Source: Sporopachydermia quercuum (lineage: Eukaryota). Taken from it: a stretch of 64,000 nucleotides of DNA. The position numbers and the translations under genes were made by a program. Below, one piece after another: positions 63,402 to 64,000 of this stretch (its first letter is position 1; every line of letters starts with the position of its first letter). The stretch spans positions 620,001 through 684,000 of the forward strand of contig BCGN01000006.1 of NCBI GenBank assembly GCA_001599295.1. The letters are read 5' to 3'. Below the pieces are notes generated by a model that searched no databases, was not told where the DNA came from, and saw nothing but the letters and a program-made list of their open reading frames with translations.

Positions 63402-64000
63402 GATGATGGTTATGATGGTGAATGATAGGACATCAAGGAAGCTATTCCATTAGATAATAATAAAAGCAAGAATTATTATGTTATTTAAACAAATTTTGAT
63501 CAGTAATTCAATTAGTATAACTGAATTGTAGTGCGTTAGTATATGATTGTAGTGCCAGTCCTTCTCTTCTGTTGTGTAGTTAACAGTACTCAACAAAGTG
63601 GAGGAATCGTATCAATTGACAATTGACTGTGGAGTCTATCAACAAACAATCTCACGCTGATTACCAATCCATCAGTATGTAATCTGTAGTCAAATGTTCT
63701 ATTGATGCAGTTAAAAGTAGTTATAAGCCAATACTAGAAGTGTTTATAATAAATAAATGCATAAATATCAGAAACATAAGATCAGAGTAATTATTGCAAA
63801 AGACCTGCTTTCTGAAGAGAAAACTGTGAATGCATATGAGATGGTTTCTTGATAGATTATGCATAATCACGCATATTGAGAGAAAGGTACACAAAGAGTA
63901 GTAGCTAGCAGGAAGATGACTGGGGAAATAACAGGGAAGCAAGATGTTTGTTGTAGTTGGTAGGCTTCATTTATCGGTATCCAGTTATTTTAAAGAANTT

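Overview
Eukaryotic DNA from an unusually intron-rich budding yeast (Saccharomycotina-like). It uses the standard code (CTG falls at conserved Leu positions) and retains respiratory complex I. I can support 23 protein genes: UBA3, a FRE-family ferric reductase, a WDR89-like WD40 protein, an ARK1/PRK1 kinase, HDA1, RCM1, LYS12, FAP1, NDUFB3, EFM6, RSM25, a PPR-like gene, KSH1, UTP25, ICE2, SSN8, a Bar1-type ceramide synthase, a Maf-like gene, CYB5, an arylsulfatase, NOP15, SLX1 and ROT2. Three of these (NDUFB3, KSH1, CYB5) are absent from the ORF track and seven more are fragmented by introns; I reconstructed 21 introns by hand. Non-coding genes are an RNase MRP RNA (minus strand, ~42474-42799) and tRNA-Gly(GCC). 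Weaker candidates are an H/ACA snoRNA near 38.7 kb and two possible intron-hosted small RNAs near 28.9 kb and 45 kb. Gene order over ~10-44 kb interleaves two S. cerevisiae post-WGD sister segments (from recall). I found no mobile elements or CRISPR arrays, and no clearly novel multi-gene system. The best leads are the unannotated RNAs, the PPR-like gene in the YIL092W slot and the motif clusters around CYB5. Scattered 'n' bases are probably ambiguous or heterozygous sites.
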